DNA of 64,000 nt from an uncultured Gemmataceae bacterium (GCA_963750165.1 CAVVPN010000011.1:2112001-2176000), one strand, 5' to 3'. Positions 41,650 to 51,333 are shown, counted from the first letter of the stretch. The notes: generated by a model not told the origin, from the letters alone. Numbers and translations: made by a program.

Positions 41650-41762
41650 GGGTCACTCCGCGCAGGCTCGAGGGCGCGTTCTCCGTGATCCGAGGAAGTA
41701 GGTGCCTCACGAGGTACACACCGATTGAAAGCTGCGGATGGCGCATAGGCCGCTAAGTTGCC

Positions 41763-42869
41763 TCAAGATGACGCTGCTGCTGGTTTGTGGCGATAGCGCC
41801 GACGCCATGCGTAGCCGATCATTCCCACCGCACCGATGCCGAGAAGGGTTAGTGAAGAGGGTTCAGGGGTGGCGGCTGCGAACTGGTATTCAAAGGCTTG
41901 TGTTTGACCGTTGGTGTCGATGTAGTATCCGACGGCTGTGCTGCCGTCTATCGCCGCCAACCCGGTGGTGCCTGTCGTGCCGGGGTAGTCGAGGGTGATG
42001 TAGGTTGAACCATCGTAGATAAAGCCATGCGTTCCGGTCGCATCCTGGAAAGAGCCAACCACATCGTTGCCGGATACAGCGGCCGGCTGGGTCGAAGCTG
42101 CGCCGGGAACGCTGATTGTGGAGTAAGTCGAGCCGTTGTACGAAAACCCTTGGAAGTTGCCGCTGCTGTCTTTGTAGTAGCCAACTACTGTGCTCCCTGA
42201 AATGCCATTGGCTTCGGTATAGTTCGATCCGGGGAAATTGAGAACGCTATAGGACGAGCCATCGTAAAGAAAGCCGTGAATGTCACCTAACGCGCCGCTG
42301 CCGGCGTCGCTCACGAATCCCACGACCTTGTTGCCAGAGATTGCGGTCGCAATCGTATCAAACTCCCCTGGGACGGCGAGCGTCGTGAATGCCCCTGAAT
42401 TGTAAATAAATCCGCTGTATTGGCCAGTGCCAGGTTGAGAATTGCCGATAATGTTGTTGCCGGAGATGCCGGTAGTTTCGGTGTAGGTCGCACCCGGTAC
42501 GTCGATGGCGGTATAGGTCGATCCGTTTATTGTGTAGAGAAATCCGTGGAAGTTAAGGCTGGCGTCCTCGTAAATACCGACGATGTTGTTACCGGAGACG
42601 CCCCGCAGGGTCGTACCTGGGATTTGCGTTTGGTTTGGGAGTGTCACTGAGCCAGGGTAATTGATCGTCGTGTAGGTCGAGCCGTTGTACAAGAATCCTT
42701 GCGTAGTGCTACCGTTGGAATAATAGCCGACCACGTTGTTGCCAGAGACGGATGTCGCTTGCGAACTGACCGATCCCGGTGGATTGATTTGGATGAAACC
42801 AGCAGATGCCTCGGTGGCTTGCAAAAGAAGCGCGAAGGCCATAGCAAAGGCGAAAGGTGTATCTTTCAT
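41763..42869 (-). CDS. PEP-CTERM surface protein with GISG/GFLY repeats
   Basis: Signal peptide; TPEPSSLTLLGIGAVGMIGYAWRRR identical to the element A copy. Confidence 0.9.
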   Translation of the reverse strand: MKDTPFAFAMAFALLLQATEASAGFIQINPPGSVSSQATSVSGNNVVGYYSNGSTTQGFLYNGSTYTTINYPGSVTLPNQTQIPGTTLRGVSGNNIVGIYEDASLNFHGFLYTINGSTYTAIDVPGATYTETTGISGNNIIGNSQPGTGQYSGFIYNSGAFTTLAVPGEFDTIATAISGNKVVGFVSDAGSGALGDIHGFLYDGSSYSVLNFPGSNYTEANGISGSTVVGYYKDSSGNFQGFSYNGSTYSTISVPGAASTQPAAVSGNDVVGSFQDATGTHGFIYDGSTYITLDYPGTTGTTGLAAIDGSTAVGYYIDTNGQTQAFEYQFAAATPEPSSLTLLGIGAVGMIGYAWRRRYRHKPAAASS

Positions 42870-43252
42870 GGTGCTACCAAAAAAGTAGGAGCGACGAACC
42901 AAAGCCGCTCCTCAAACCCGACCAAGGGTGCTACAGAACGGACCCTGGCCGCCGCCCCTTTCGGGGCGTGGCTTGGTCCGCTTCTGTAGCTTCAAGAGCG
43001 TTTCCGCTCAGGTTGGTCGTTTGAAGAAGCGAAGCCATGCTCAACGCATGGTTCAAATTGTCAACGGGCCTTGTCTGGCCCGGTCAATGCTCTGGCACTC
43101 TCCGTCGTCCGAGGATGCATGAACAGCAGTTGGCCCAGCGCCAACCGCACCACCTGGGAGTCTACACGAGGCGCGCGACCGACGCTAGATGCCTGAACGG
43201 GAATTTGCGAATCGACAAGCGGCCGGGGTGGGCAGCCCCGACCGATGCCGTC

Positions 43253-43567
43253 TTACGCGACCGATGCCCCCGCGACCTCCGCGAACGCCAGGACGCGGCG
43301 AATGCGGTTGGCGGGTACGTCGTTGACGCTGTACCACAGCCCTTTCCTCGACCGCCGCAACCAGCGCCGCGGCACGTTCAACTCCAGGACCACCACCTGC
43401 TCGACTCGACCGCCGTGGCGCTTGACCGTGTGCAGGGTTGCCCAGCTGGACTTGTTCAGCGAGTGCAGCCATACCACCTTGAGCCTACCCTTGCTCTTGC
43501 AACAGAGCAAGCCGCCCTTCAGGATGCTGGCCAGATTGCGGGCGAGCGTTGCGTGGCGAATCTTCAT
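43253..43567 (-). CDS. Small ADP-ribosyltransferase-fold protein (copy 2)
   Basis: One amino-acid difference (D/N) from 29429-29743. Confidence 0.6.
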   Translation of the reverse strand: MKIRHATLARNLASILKGGLLCCKSKGRLKVVWLHSLNKSSWATLHTVKRHGGRVEQVVVLELNVPRRWLRRSRKGLWYSVNDVPANRIRRVLAFAEVAGASVA

Positions 43568-43630
43568 GGCCGGTGCCCTCCTGTAGCAAGCGGGGCGGGG
43601 TTGTGGTCCCCCGCCCCGTGGTTGCGTTGG

Positions 43631-43943
43631 TTAGAGATTTCCGGCCGCCTGCAACGCCGCGAGTCCCGAGGCGTGCTTGCAGTGTTTCCACTTCAAGAAC
43701 CCCTTGCACTCGCAACTGTGCCCGTCCGCAGTTCAGGTTGACGTGGTACTCGTCCTCGCTTCCCACCTTCGACACTCGGAAACCGCTGCCGAAGTCGCTG
43801 GCCACCTTCGCCACAAGGTAGCGGTCGAGTTTGCCGTTCTGGCGAATCTCAACCACCCCTGACGAACCCGGCTCGCTTCCGATGGGCAGGGCCAGCTTGA
43901 TCGTCCGTTGACGCGCCTTGCGGGTTTTCGTTACCGTAGCCAT
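43631..43943 (-). CDS. SWIM zinc-finger protein (copy 2; +1 frameshift near 43730)
   Basis: Near-identical to 29807-30118 apart from one extra base. Confidence 0.75.
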
Positions 43944-44138
43944 TGCGATTCCTCTTCTTCAGGAATTGCCACGGGCCGGGGTGTTACAAGCACCGCCGGC
44001 CCACTTTCGTTTCGGACCCGTTTGCCTCCTCTCCGTTTGGCGTGGCGGGAACCAGTCCCCCGCGCCCGTGTCCCGCTCTCCCTCCCGGTTCCCCGGTTCC
44101 GAGCGGCATCTTGTCAAAGAACTGGGCTTGATTGCCTG

Positions 44139-44537
44139 TTACTGCTTCTTCTTGCCGCCCTTAGCCGCCGGCTTGCGCGTCAGGCCCAGCGCCTCCAACT
44201 CGTCGTCGCTGAACGCCGCCAACTTGGCGGCGACCGCCTCCTTGGTGACCGGTGCCGCCTTGGTGCCGGTGCTGGCGCTGTAGCCGTCGAGCTGGGCGGC
44301 TCTGCTGATGGCGGGGTCGTATCCGATGGCCAGGATCCACCCCTTCACCTCACCCTTAATCGCGATCTCGAACGCGCGAGTGTTCTTGGGCGGGTTGGCG
44401 GGTTTGGCTGCCAGCGCCTCGTCGCGCGTGGCAAACAGCTGCTTGGGCAGCTCATCCCGAGTGGTGGCGGTGGTCTCGGGGGCCGTGGCCTGGTCCGTTG
44501 CCGTTGTGTTCGTGGTCGTGTTCGTCGTGTCGGTCAT
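44139..44537 (-). CDS. Hypothetical protein with basic C-terminus
   Basis: AAGGGG RBS; first gene of the leftward operon; absent from element A. Confidence 0.7.
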   Translation of the reverse strand: MTDTTNTTTNTTATDQATAPETTATTRDELPKQLFATRDEALAAKPANPPKNTRAFEIAIKGEVKGWILAIGYDPAISRAAQLDGYSASTGTKAAPVTKEAVAAKLAAFSDDELEALGLTRKPAAKGGKKKQ

Positions 44538-44617
44538 GGTCGTTCCCCTTTTCGTAAACCGTCGGGGCCGGGCCGGGCGGGAAACCCCCGCCCCGTTGCC
44601 CGCGCCCATCTACCCTA

Positions 44618-44722
44618 ATGATACCGAAACTTCGGTAGTGAGTCAAGTCCAGTAGTACCGAAAATTCGGTATTCCGCAACCCGAATACCGGACTTGAATT
44701 ACTACCGAAGTTTTGGTACAAT
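44618..44722. promoter_or_regulatory. Divergent promoters with three operators TACCGAA-NN-TT(C/T)GGTA
   Basis: Operators at 44622, 44656, 44703; rightward TTGAAT-17-TACAAT; leftward TTGACT-17-TATCAT. Confidence 0.8.
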
Positions 44723-44746
44723 GGGCGGCGAAAGGAGGGAAACCCC

Positions 44747-45001
44747 ATGACCACGTTCGGCGAGAAGTTGAGGGAACTACGGGACGCGGCCGGGATGACG
44801 CAGACGGCGCTGTCAGAGGCCGCGGGTGTACCCATCGGCACAGTGCGGGACTACGAGCAGGGGGTGCGCGACCCGCTGCTCTCTAACGCCCAGCGCCTGG
44901 CGAAGGCGCTGGGCGTCAGTCTCGACGTGTTCCCCCCGACGGTGCCGCGACCGAAGAAGGGGAGAGGTAAGGCGAGGGGCAAGAAGGGGGGTGGGAAATG
45001 A
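44747..45001 (+). CDS. XRE-family HTH regulator
   Basis: FGEKLRELRDAAGMTQTALSEAAGVPIGTVRDYEQGVRDP. Confidence 0.9.
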   Translation: MTTFGEKLRELRDAAGMTQTALSEAAGVPIGTVRDYEQGVRDPLLSNAQRLAKALGVSLDVFPPTVPRPKKGRGKARGKKGGGK

Positions 45002-45156
45002 TTAGCGCGAAGGACGAGTTGCACCACCTGGCGGACTGCATGTCTGAGGAGGAGTGCGAGCGGGCATTTGAGCTACTGCGGCAGGCCGGGATGACCGGAC
45101 CCCAAGACGATGACGAGCCTGACGAGCCAACCACTGTGGATGAGGACAAGCAATGA
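44998..45156 (+). CDS. 52-aa acidic hypothetical protein
   Basis: ATGA overlaps with both neighbours; MISAKDELHHLADCMSEEECERAFELL. Confidence 0.55.
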   Translation: MISAKDELHHLADCMSEEECERAFELLRQAGMTGPQDDDEPDEPTTVDEDKQ

Positions 45157-46923
45157 GCACCACGAACGGCAACGGCAAGCTGGACCTCGACCGGGCTTGC
45201 CTCTACCTGCGCAGGTCCACCGATGACCAAGTGCAGTCCATCGACCGCCAGCGCGGCCAGACCACCGCCTACGCCGCCGCCAGGGGCTACCGCGTCATCC
45301 GGGAATACACCGATGAGGGGATCGCCGGCGACGTGTTCGACCGCCGCCCCGACTTCCAGGAGATGCTCGCCGCCGCCGGGCGGGGCGAGTTCGAGGTCAT
45401 CGTCGTCGATGAGCCATCTCGCCTGTCTCGGCAGAACCCCATTGATCTAATCGAGAAGGTCATCGCCCCCTTGCGGCGTTCGCGCGTCCGCATCGACACC
45501 GCCTCCAAGGGGGTGCTCGATTACGAGTCGCTGGCCGGCATTATCATGATGACGGTCCACGCCCACAAGTCGGAGGACGAGTCGCGCGACCTGTCCCGCC
45601 GCAGCCTGGGCGGCATCACACGGCGGGCGCAAGCCGGCCTCTGGTTCGGCTGGATACCGCCCTTCGGTCTGCGGATCGTCCGCGAGACGGACCCCGCCTC
45701 CGCCAAGGTGACGGCGCGAAAGTGCATCCACGGACCCGATGAGGAGGTGAACGCCGTCCGCTTCATCTTCGACGCCGTAGCCAACCGGGGCTGGTCGCTG
45801 CGGCAAGTGTGCCGTGAACTGGAGGCCCGCGGCGTCAAACCGCCCGCCGGCAACGGCCGCGGGGCGAACAAGGCCGGGGGCAGCTGGAACCCCGGCACCG
45901 TGCGGAAGATTCTCACCAACCGCAAGTACGTCGGCGACCTGACATACAACGTCACCCACCAGGGGAAGTATTCTTTCCTCTCCGGCGGTCGCGTCGAGGC
46001 GCACGGCGTCATCAACCGCCGTGTCAGCCGCAACCCCGATGAGGACATTGTTGTCGTGCCTGTCCCGGACCTCATCCTGCCGCTGATCGACCGCGACACC
46101 TTCACGCGCGCCGGCGTCGCCCTGTCCCTGGCGCAGAAGCGGACCACCCCCGGCACCGCCGCCCGCTACCTGTTCACTCACCTGCTTGTCTGCGGTGACT
46201 GCGGCTCGTTCATGCGCGGCCAGCCCGACCACGGCCACAAGGGGTACATCTGCTCCCGGTACAAGGAGTATGGCAAGTGCAGCCGCAACACCGTGGGTGA
46301 AGAACACCTCAAGCGGTCACTGCTGACGGCCCTGCTCGACGACATCCTCAACCCGAAGCGGCTCGACGAGGTAGAGGCGGAAGTGGAACGCCGTATCAAG
46401 TCGGAGCGCTGTTCCGGCGAGGCGGATCGTATCCGGCGCCAGGTCGCCGCCCTCGATAAGGACATCGCGCAGGGCAACATCAACCTCGCGCTTGCCCGAA
46501 GACCGTCACCCCGGCGTCATCAACCAGTTACGTCTGTGGGAGGGCGAGCGAGCCGGGCTGCTGTCCCGCCTGAACGACTTGGAGCACGGAGCCGAGCACG
46601 AAAAGGCGGTGCTGGCCGAAGCGCGCCGGCAGCTGTGGCGTCTGCGGGAGGCACTGGAGGGGGACGACGAGGAGGCGCAGGCGACCGTCTTGCGTGAGGT
46701 GGTCACGAAGGTTGAAGTCCGCTTCACCCACGAGCGGACCCACGGCAAGCGCAGCCCCACGGGCGAGGGCCGCGTCCTCAGCCGGGCGGCCGGGGCGGTG
46801 CTGTACGTTCGGCCCGGCCTTGGTTTATCCCACTTGTTTACTTCGGATTCCAGAAATCCGGCTCGCGGCGGTGCATCAGGCCGTGCCAGTAACTGCCGGT
46901 CGGCGTCGCGATGTCCTGGCTGA
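45153..46923 (+). CDS. Large serine recombinase (integrase of element B); frameshift near 46492
   Basis: LYLRRST, SIDRQ, RPDFQEML, SRLSR, LLVCGDCG; continues in ORF 46492-46923. Confidence 0.9.
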
Positions 46924-47146
46924 GAGCGTGGCTTTCGTCCAGGAAATTGTGGTACAGCCACAGTCCCGCCAGGCAGCATCGGGCCATGTCGCGGTCGTGA
47001 ACGCGGTGCGGCGCCAGCAGCGCTTCTGGCGTCAGCGTCGCCAGGCGGCCGCGCATGGCTTCGTCCGGCTGTCCGGGGCCGAGCGGGCAGAGTTGTTCCG
47101 GCGTCAGCAGTTCGGTAAGCGCGGCGGGCAGTGGGATGTCGGGCAC
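46838..47146 (-). pseudogene. 5' half of conserved hypothetical gene interrupted by element B
   Basis: AGLWLYHNFLDESHALSQDI...GSYWHGLMHRREPDFWN, then element-derived PK*. Confidence 0.9.
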
Positions 47147-47193
47147 GGCGGCATACCTTCGTCAGCGAGTCGTCAGGGGGGTCGGGGCCGGCG

Positions 47194-47451
47194 TCACACG
47201 AGCACTTCCTCGCGGTAGAACTCAAAGGCAGTGTTCCACGCCTCGTACTCCGACGGCAGCGGTTCCTGGGACACGAGCACATCGGGGCCGTCGGCCGTCT
47301 GGCGCAGGCCGCCTTTCCAGCCGCCGTCCGCCTTTTCGATGCGGATGAACGCCTCACGCAGATTGGGGCCGGTCAGCCGGTAGAGGTTGGGACCGACCTC
47401 CTCCGCCTTGCACTGCCGCTGCTTGAACCACGAGGGGAGCACCAGGGCCAT
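47194..47451 (-). CDS. Small hypothetical protein
   Basis: GGAG RBS; LVLPSWFKQRQ...AWNTAFEFYR. Confidence 0.7.
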   Translation of the reverse strand: MALVLPSWFKQRQCKAEEVGPNLYRLTGPNLREAFIRIEKADGGWKGGLRQTADGPDVLVSQEPLPSEYEAWNTAFEFYREEVLV

Positions 47452-47541
47452 CGCTGTCGATTCTCCGCCGTTGTGCCTGGGAATGGTGACACCCAGACAG
47501 GGTATGAACCCCGAGCGCGATCACCAAGCGGCCCGGCCGGC

Positions 47542-47757
47542 TCAGCGCCTCCAGGTGTCCGGCACCGCGGTGTCGGTGTACGGCAACAAGTACCGCGACT
47601 GGTCGGGCAGTGACAGCCGATCGCGCTCGCGGCGCTGCTGCTCATAGGTCGGCACGGCGGGATCGTCGATTCGCTGCGGCTGCCGCGGGGCCAGCGGCCC
47701 CACGGTGTTCTGACAACCCGCCAACAGCACTATACCCAGCAACACCAGCTTGCGCAT
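47542..47757 (-). CDS. Small lipoprotein
   Basis: MRKLVLLGIVLLAGC lipobox, AGGAAGG RBS. Confidence 0.75.
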   Translation of the reverse strand: MRKLVLLGIVLLAGCQNTVGPLAPRQPQRIDDPAVPTYEQQRRERDRLSLPDQSRYLLPYTDTAVPDTWRR

Positions 47758-48028
47758 GTCGCGCCTTCCTTTCGGGGTGGGGAGGATGGCCTGGTCCTGG
47801 CTCCCCAATAATATCGAGCGTTGCCGCGCCTGAATCGCCTCGCCACGGGAAAATGCGGCCCCAGCGTTGACGCCGCCCGCGTGTGGCCGGCATAACCGGC
47901 ACAACCTTCGCCGTCCGCCGCAACTTGTGGCCGGCCGTCGCAGTTTGTAGGATGGGGGTGAGCACTGCCGGGGGAACCCACCTGTAAATGGCTGCTCGCC
48001 ATCCGCAACCCATTCCACGAGCGACGCC

Positions 48029-49096
48029 ATGAGCATCGGGACCAAAAACGACTTCGACTCCGAGGACTATTTCAAAGACACGCGCATGTCGTTCGGCGAC
48101 CACCTCGAAGACCTGCGCGTCCACCTGTGGCGGGCGGTCATCGGCTTCCTGATCGGGGTGATCGCCGCGTTTTTCTTCGGCAACAAGATTGTGGAGTTCA
48201 TCGCCTGGCCAGTCGAGCAGCAACTCGGCAAGTTCTACGAGCGGCGCCTGGAACTCGTCGAGGAGAAACTGAAAAAGGAGGACCCGGACATCCTCCGCTT
48301 GAACGAGCCGAAGCCCCTCAAAATGTACATGGCCCGGAGCGACTTCGAGCGCCTGTTCAAGGTGAAGGTAGATAACGCCGACGTGGTGAAAACGGGCGGC
48401 GGCGAGCGCGTGCTGCTGCCGATGGAATTCCCGCCCGTGGAACTGGCCCTGCAGGGCAAGGGCGCCCAGGACATCGTCGGCCGCCGCCCGACCCTGTCCA
48501 CGCTGAGCGTGCAGGAAGCGTTCATGGTCTACTTCAAGGTGTGCCTGGTCGCCGGCCTGGTGCTGGCCAGTCCGTGGGTGTTCTACCAGATCTGGTCGTT
48601 CGTCGCCGCCGGCCTGTATCCGCATGAGAAGCGCTACGTCAACATCTTCCTGCCTGTCAGCCTCGGCCTGTTCCTGGCCGGCGTGCTGGTGTGTCAGTTC
48701 ATTGTCATCCCCAAGGCGATCGAGGCGCTGCTGTGGTTCAACGAGTGGATGGGCCTGGAGCCGGACATGCGGCTCAACGAATGGCTCGGCTTCGCCATCA
48801 TGATGCCGGTGGTCTTCGGCGTCTCCTTCCAGACGCCGCTGGTCATGCTCTTCCTGGAGCGCATCGGCGTCGTGGACGTGGCGCTGTTCCAGCGCGGCCG
48901 GCGCGTCGCCTACTTTGTCCTGGCGGTGTTCGCCGCGGTGGCGTCGCCGTCGGTGGACGCACTGAGCATGCTCTACCTGTGGGTGCCGCTGTGCTTCCTG
49001 TATGAGATGGGCATCGTCCTGATTCGGATGGCGCCGAAGCGGCCCGAGTGGACCGACGCCGATGAGGCCGAGGTCCGGGAGTTGATTGAGGTGTGA
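48029..49096 (+). CDS. tatC: Twin-arginine translocase subunit TatC
   Basis: MSFGDHLEDLR, PWVFYQIWSFVAAGLYPHEKRY, FGVSFQTPL, LYEMG. Confidence 0.96.
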   Translation: MSIGTKNDFDSEDYFKDTRMSFGDHLEDLRVHLWRAVIGFLIGVIAAFFFGNKIVEFIAWPVEQQLGKFYERRLELVEEKLKKEDPDILRLNEPKPLKMYMARSDFERLFKVKVDNADVVKTGGGERVLLPMEFPPVELALQGKGAQDIVGRRPTLSTLSVQEAFMVYFKVCLVAGLVLASPWVFYQIWSFVAAGLYPHEKRYVNIFLPVSLGLFLAGVLVCQFIVIPKAIEALLWFNEWMGLEPDMRLNEWLGFAIMMPVVFGVSFQTPLVMLFLERIGVVDVALFQRGRRVAYFVLAVFAAVASPSVDALSMLYLWVPLCFLYEMGIVLIRMAPKRPEWTDADEAEVRELIEV

Positions 49097-49097
49097 A

Positions 49098-49191
49098 GAT
49101 GAGGGGGTGAGGGGGTGAGGGAGTGAGGGGTGAAAGAGCAATGCTTCCGTCTTTCACCCCCTCACCCCTCACCCCCCTCACCCCCCTCATC
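49098..49191. repeat. Inverted arrays of GAGGGG(G)T units forming a hairpin
   Basis: (GAGGGGGT)n ... (ACCCCTC)n. Confidence 0.7.
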
Positions 49192-49216
49192 TTCATTCCG
49201 TCACGGGAATGAAGTC

Positions 49217-50761
49217 ATGACCACCCCTGAACCCCTGGTCACGCTCGTCGGCGCCGGCCCCGGTCACCCTGGGCTGCTGACGCTGCGCGGCGCCGAGTGC
49301 CTGGCACGCGCCGACCTGGTGGTTTACGACAAACTGGTGCCGCCGCGTTTGCTGGAGCATGCCCCGCCGGCCGCCGAGCGCGTCTGCGTCGCCGACCTGT
49401 GCCCGATCCACGGCGAGCGCATCCTGGTCGGCCACTACCTGGCGGAGGCGGCACGGCAGGGGCGGCGCGTGGTGCGACTCAAGGGCGGCGACCCGTTCCT
49501 GTTCGGCCGCGGCGGCGAGGAAATCGAAGTGCTGCGCCAGGCCGGCGTCGCCTTCGAGGTGGTGCCCGGCGTCACCGCGGGCCTCGGCGCAACCGCCTGC
49601 GCCGGCATTCCGGTGACACACCGCGCCTTCGCCAGCGCCGTCGCCTTCATCACCGGCCACGAGAACCCCGCCAAGCCCGAAACCGTTCTCGACTGGCAGG
49701 TGTTGGCCCGCTTCCCCGGCACGCTGGTCCTGTACATGGGCATGGCCCGGCTGACGCAGATCGTCCGCACGCTGGTGGACAACGGCAAGGCCGCGGACAC
49801 GCCCGCCGCGGCCATCCACTGGGGCTCCACGAACCTGCAACAAACCGTCGAGGCGACGCTCAGCACGCTGCCCGCCGCGGTGCAGGCCGCCGGGATGACC
49901 GCTCCGGCGCTGATCGTCATTGGCCCGGTGGTGCGGCTGCGGTCACAGCTGGCCTGGTTCGAGCGGCGGCCGCTGTTCGGCCATCGCGTGCTGGTGACCC
50001 GGCCACGACACCAGGCCGGCGATCTGGTGCAGCGCCTCGAAGAACTGGGCGCCGTCCCGTATGTGCTGCCGACCGTCGAAATCCGCGAACCGGCCGACTG
50101 GGTGCCCGTGGACCGGGCACTGGCGCAACTGACGCGCTACCGCTGGCTGGTGTTCACCAGTGTCAACGGCGTGGAGGCGTTCCTGCGACGGCTGCGGCAC
50201 ACCGGCCGTGACCTGCGGGCGCTGGGCCATCTGAAACTGGCGGCCATCGGCCCGAGCACCGCGGAGGCGCTGCGTCGCTACTTCCTGGAACCGGACCTGG
50301 TGCCGGCGGAGTATCGCTCCGAAGCGCTGGCTGCGGCGCTGCGCGAGCGCGTCGCCGGTCAAGCGGTGCTGCTGGCGCGGGCCGACCGCGGCCGCGATGT
50401 GTTGCGGCAGGAGCTGGCGCAGGTTGCCGAGGTGGAGCAGGTAGCAGTGTATGCGCAGGTGGACGCGGTGGAGGCGGATCCGGCGGTGCTGGACGCGCTG
50501 CGCCGCGGCGAGATTGACTGCGTGACGCTCACCAGCGCCAACGTGGCGCGCGGCTTCGTGCGTTTGCTGGACGAGCCGGGCCGGCGGCGGTTGGAGTCGG
50601 GGGAGGTGAAGCTGGTGAGCATCAGCCCGGTGACCAGCGCGGCGCTGGCGGAACTGGGCTTGCCGGTGGCGGCGGAGGCGGCGGAGTACACCACGGCCGG
50701 CGTGATCGCGGCGCTGCTCCGCCTGGCGGAACCGCAGCGGGCGGTCAGCGCAGGTCCTTGA
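49217..50761 (+). CDS. cobA: Uroporphyrinogen-III C-methyltransferase / uroporphyrinogen-III synthase fusion
   Basis: LVGAGPG, RLKGGDPFLFGRGGEE; HemD part VLVTRP, FTSVNGV, AAIGPST. Confidence 0.95.
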   Translation: MTTPEPLVTLVGAGPGHPGLLTLRGAECLARADLVVYDKLVPPRLLEHAPPAAERVCVADLCPIHGERILVGHYLAEAARQGRRVVRLKGGDPFLFGRGGEEIEVLRQAGVAFEVVPGVTAGLGATACAGIPVTHRAFASAVAFITGHENPAKPETVLDWQVLARFPGTLVLYMGMARLTQIVRTLVDNGKAADTPAAAIHWGSTNLQQTVEATLSTLPAAVQAAGMTAPALIVIGPVVRLRSQLAWFERRPLFGHRVLVTRPRHQAGDLVQRLEELGAVPYVLPTVEIREPADWVPVDRALAQLTRYRWLVFTSVNGVEAFLRRLRHTGRDLRALGHLKLAAIGPSTAEALRRYFLEPDLVPAEYRSEALAAALRERVAGQAVLLARADRGRDVLRQELAQVAEVEQVAVYAQVDAVEADPAVLDALRRGEIDCVTLTSANVARGFVRLLDEPGRRRLESGEVKLVSISPVTSAALAELGLPVAAEAAEYTTAGVIAALLRLAEPQRAVSAGP

Positions 50762-50927
50762 AGGCGTCCCAGGACAGGTACAGGACGATGGCGCAGGAGA
50801 TGATACCCAGGATGTTGACGAGAATGCTGAGGCCGCCGAAGGGGAATTTCAGGGGGATGTCAATCAAGAACAGAAGCAGAAGCAGCCCGGAAACCCCCAT
50901 GGAGGCCCAGCACAACCACTTTTCCAT
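50745..50927 (-). CDS. Small two-TM membrane protein
   Basis: MEKWLCWASMGVSGLLLLLFLID...YLSWDAFKDLR. Confidence 0.7.
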   Translation of the reverse strand: MEKWLCWASMGVSGLLLLLFLIDIPLKFPFGGLSILVNILGIISCAIVLYLSWDAFKDLR

Positions 50928-51147
50928 CGACAGCCCCTTCACGGCCCACATATGCTGTTCTCTCGACCCAAGGTGCCTGGGTCCATGGTTTTTCGCGCCG
51001 GAGCGCGTGGCTTCTCCTTTGACCGTCCCAACATTGTAGCGGTTCACCGGCCCGCTGCAACCCGCGCGCCGGCCGAAAATGGCACCCCCCACGTCTGCTG
51101 CCGGGTAGTCTTGTTACAGCCCGCACAACCGGCGTTCTTTTCCGCCG

Positions 51148-51205
51148 CTGGTCGGAGCCCGAGCGCCAGCGCGGGGCCCCGCGCTGGCGCTCGGGCTCCG
51201 ACCAG
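51148..51205. repeat. Perfect 58-bp palindrome
   Basis: CTGGTCGGAGCCCGAGCGCCAGCGCGGGG immediately followed by its reverse complement. Confidence 0.9.
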
Positions 51206-51333
51206 AAGCGAGCGCAGTCATTCTGGCTTTTTCCGCCAGATCGTGTTATATCGAACGGGCCGAGGTTGCCTTTCTTGATGGACGCCGGCGTTCGGCTGCG
51301 ATCTCCAATAGCTGTTTCAAGCCCGGGGTGTCG

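Larger units (their letters stand above)
35164..46851. mobile_element. Integrated element B (~11.7 kb, serine integrase, satellite-like)
   Basis: TTCC core at 35164-35167 and 46848-46851; inverted arms ATCCCACTTGTTTACTTCGG/CCGAATGAACAAGCGGGGT; removal restores an in-frame host gene. Confidence 0.92.

Noticed and set aside
24329..46851. One single 22-kb prophage or tandem duplication
   Set aside because: Two separate att pairs with host genes between them; no structural phage genes.
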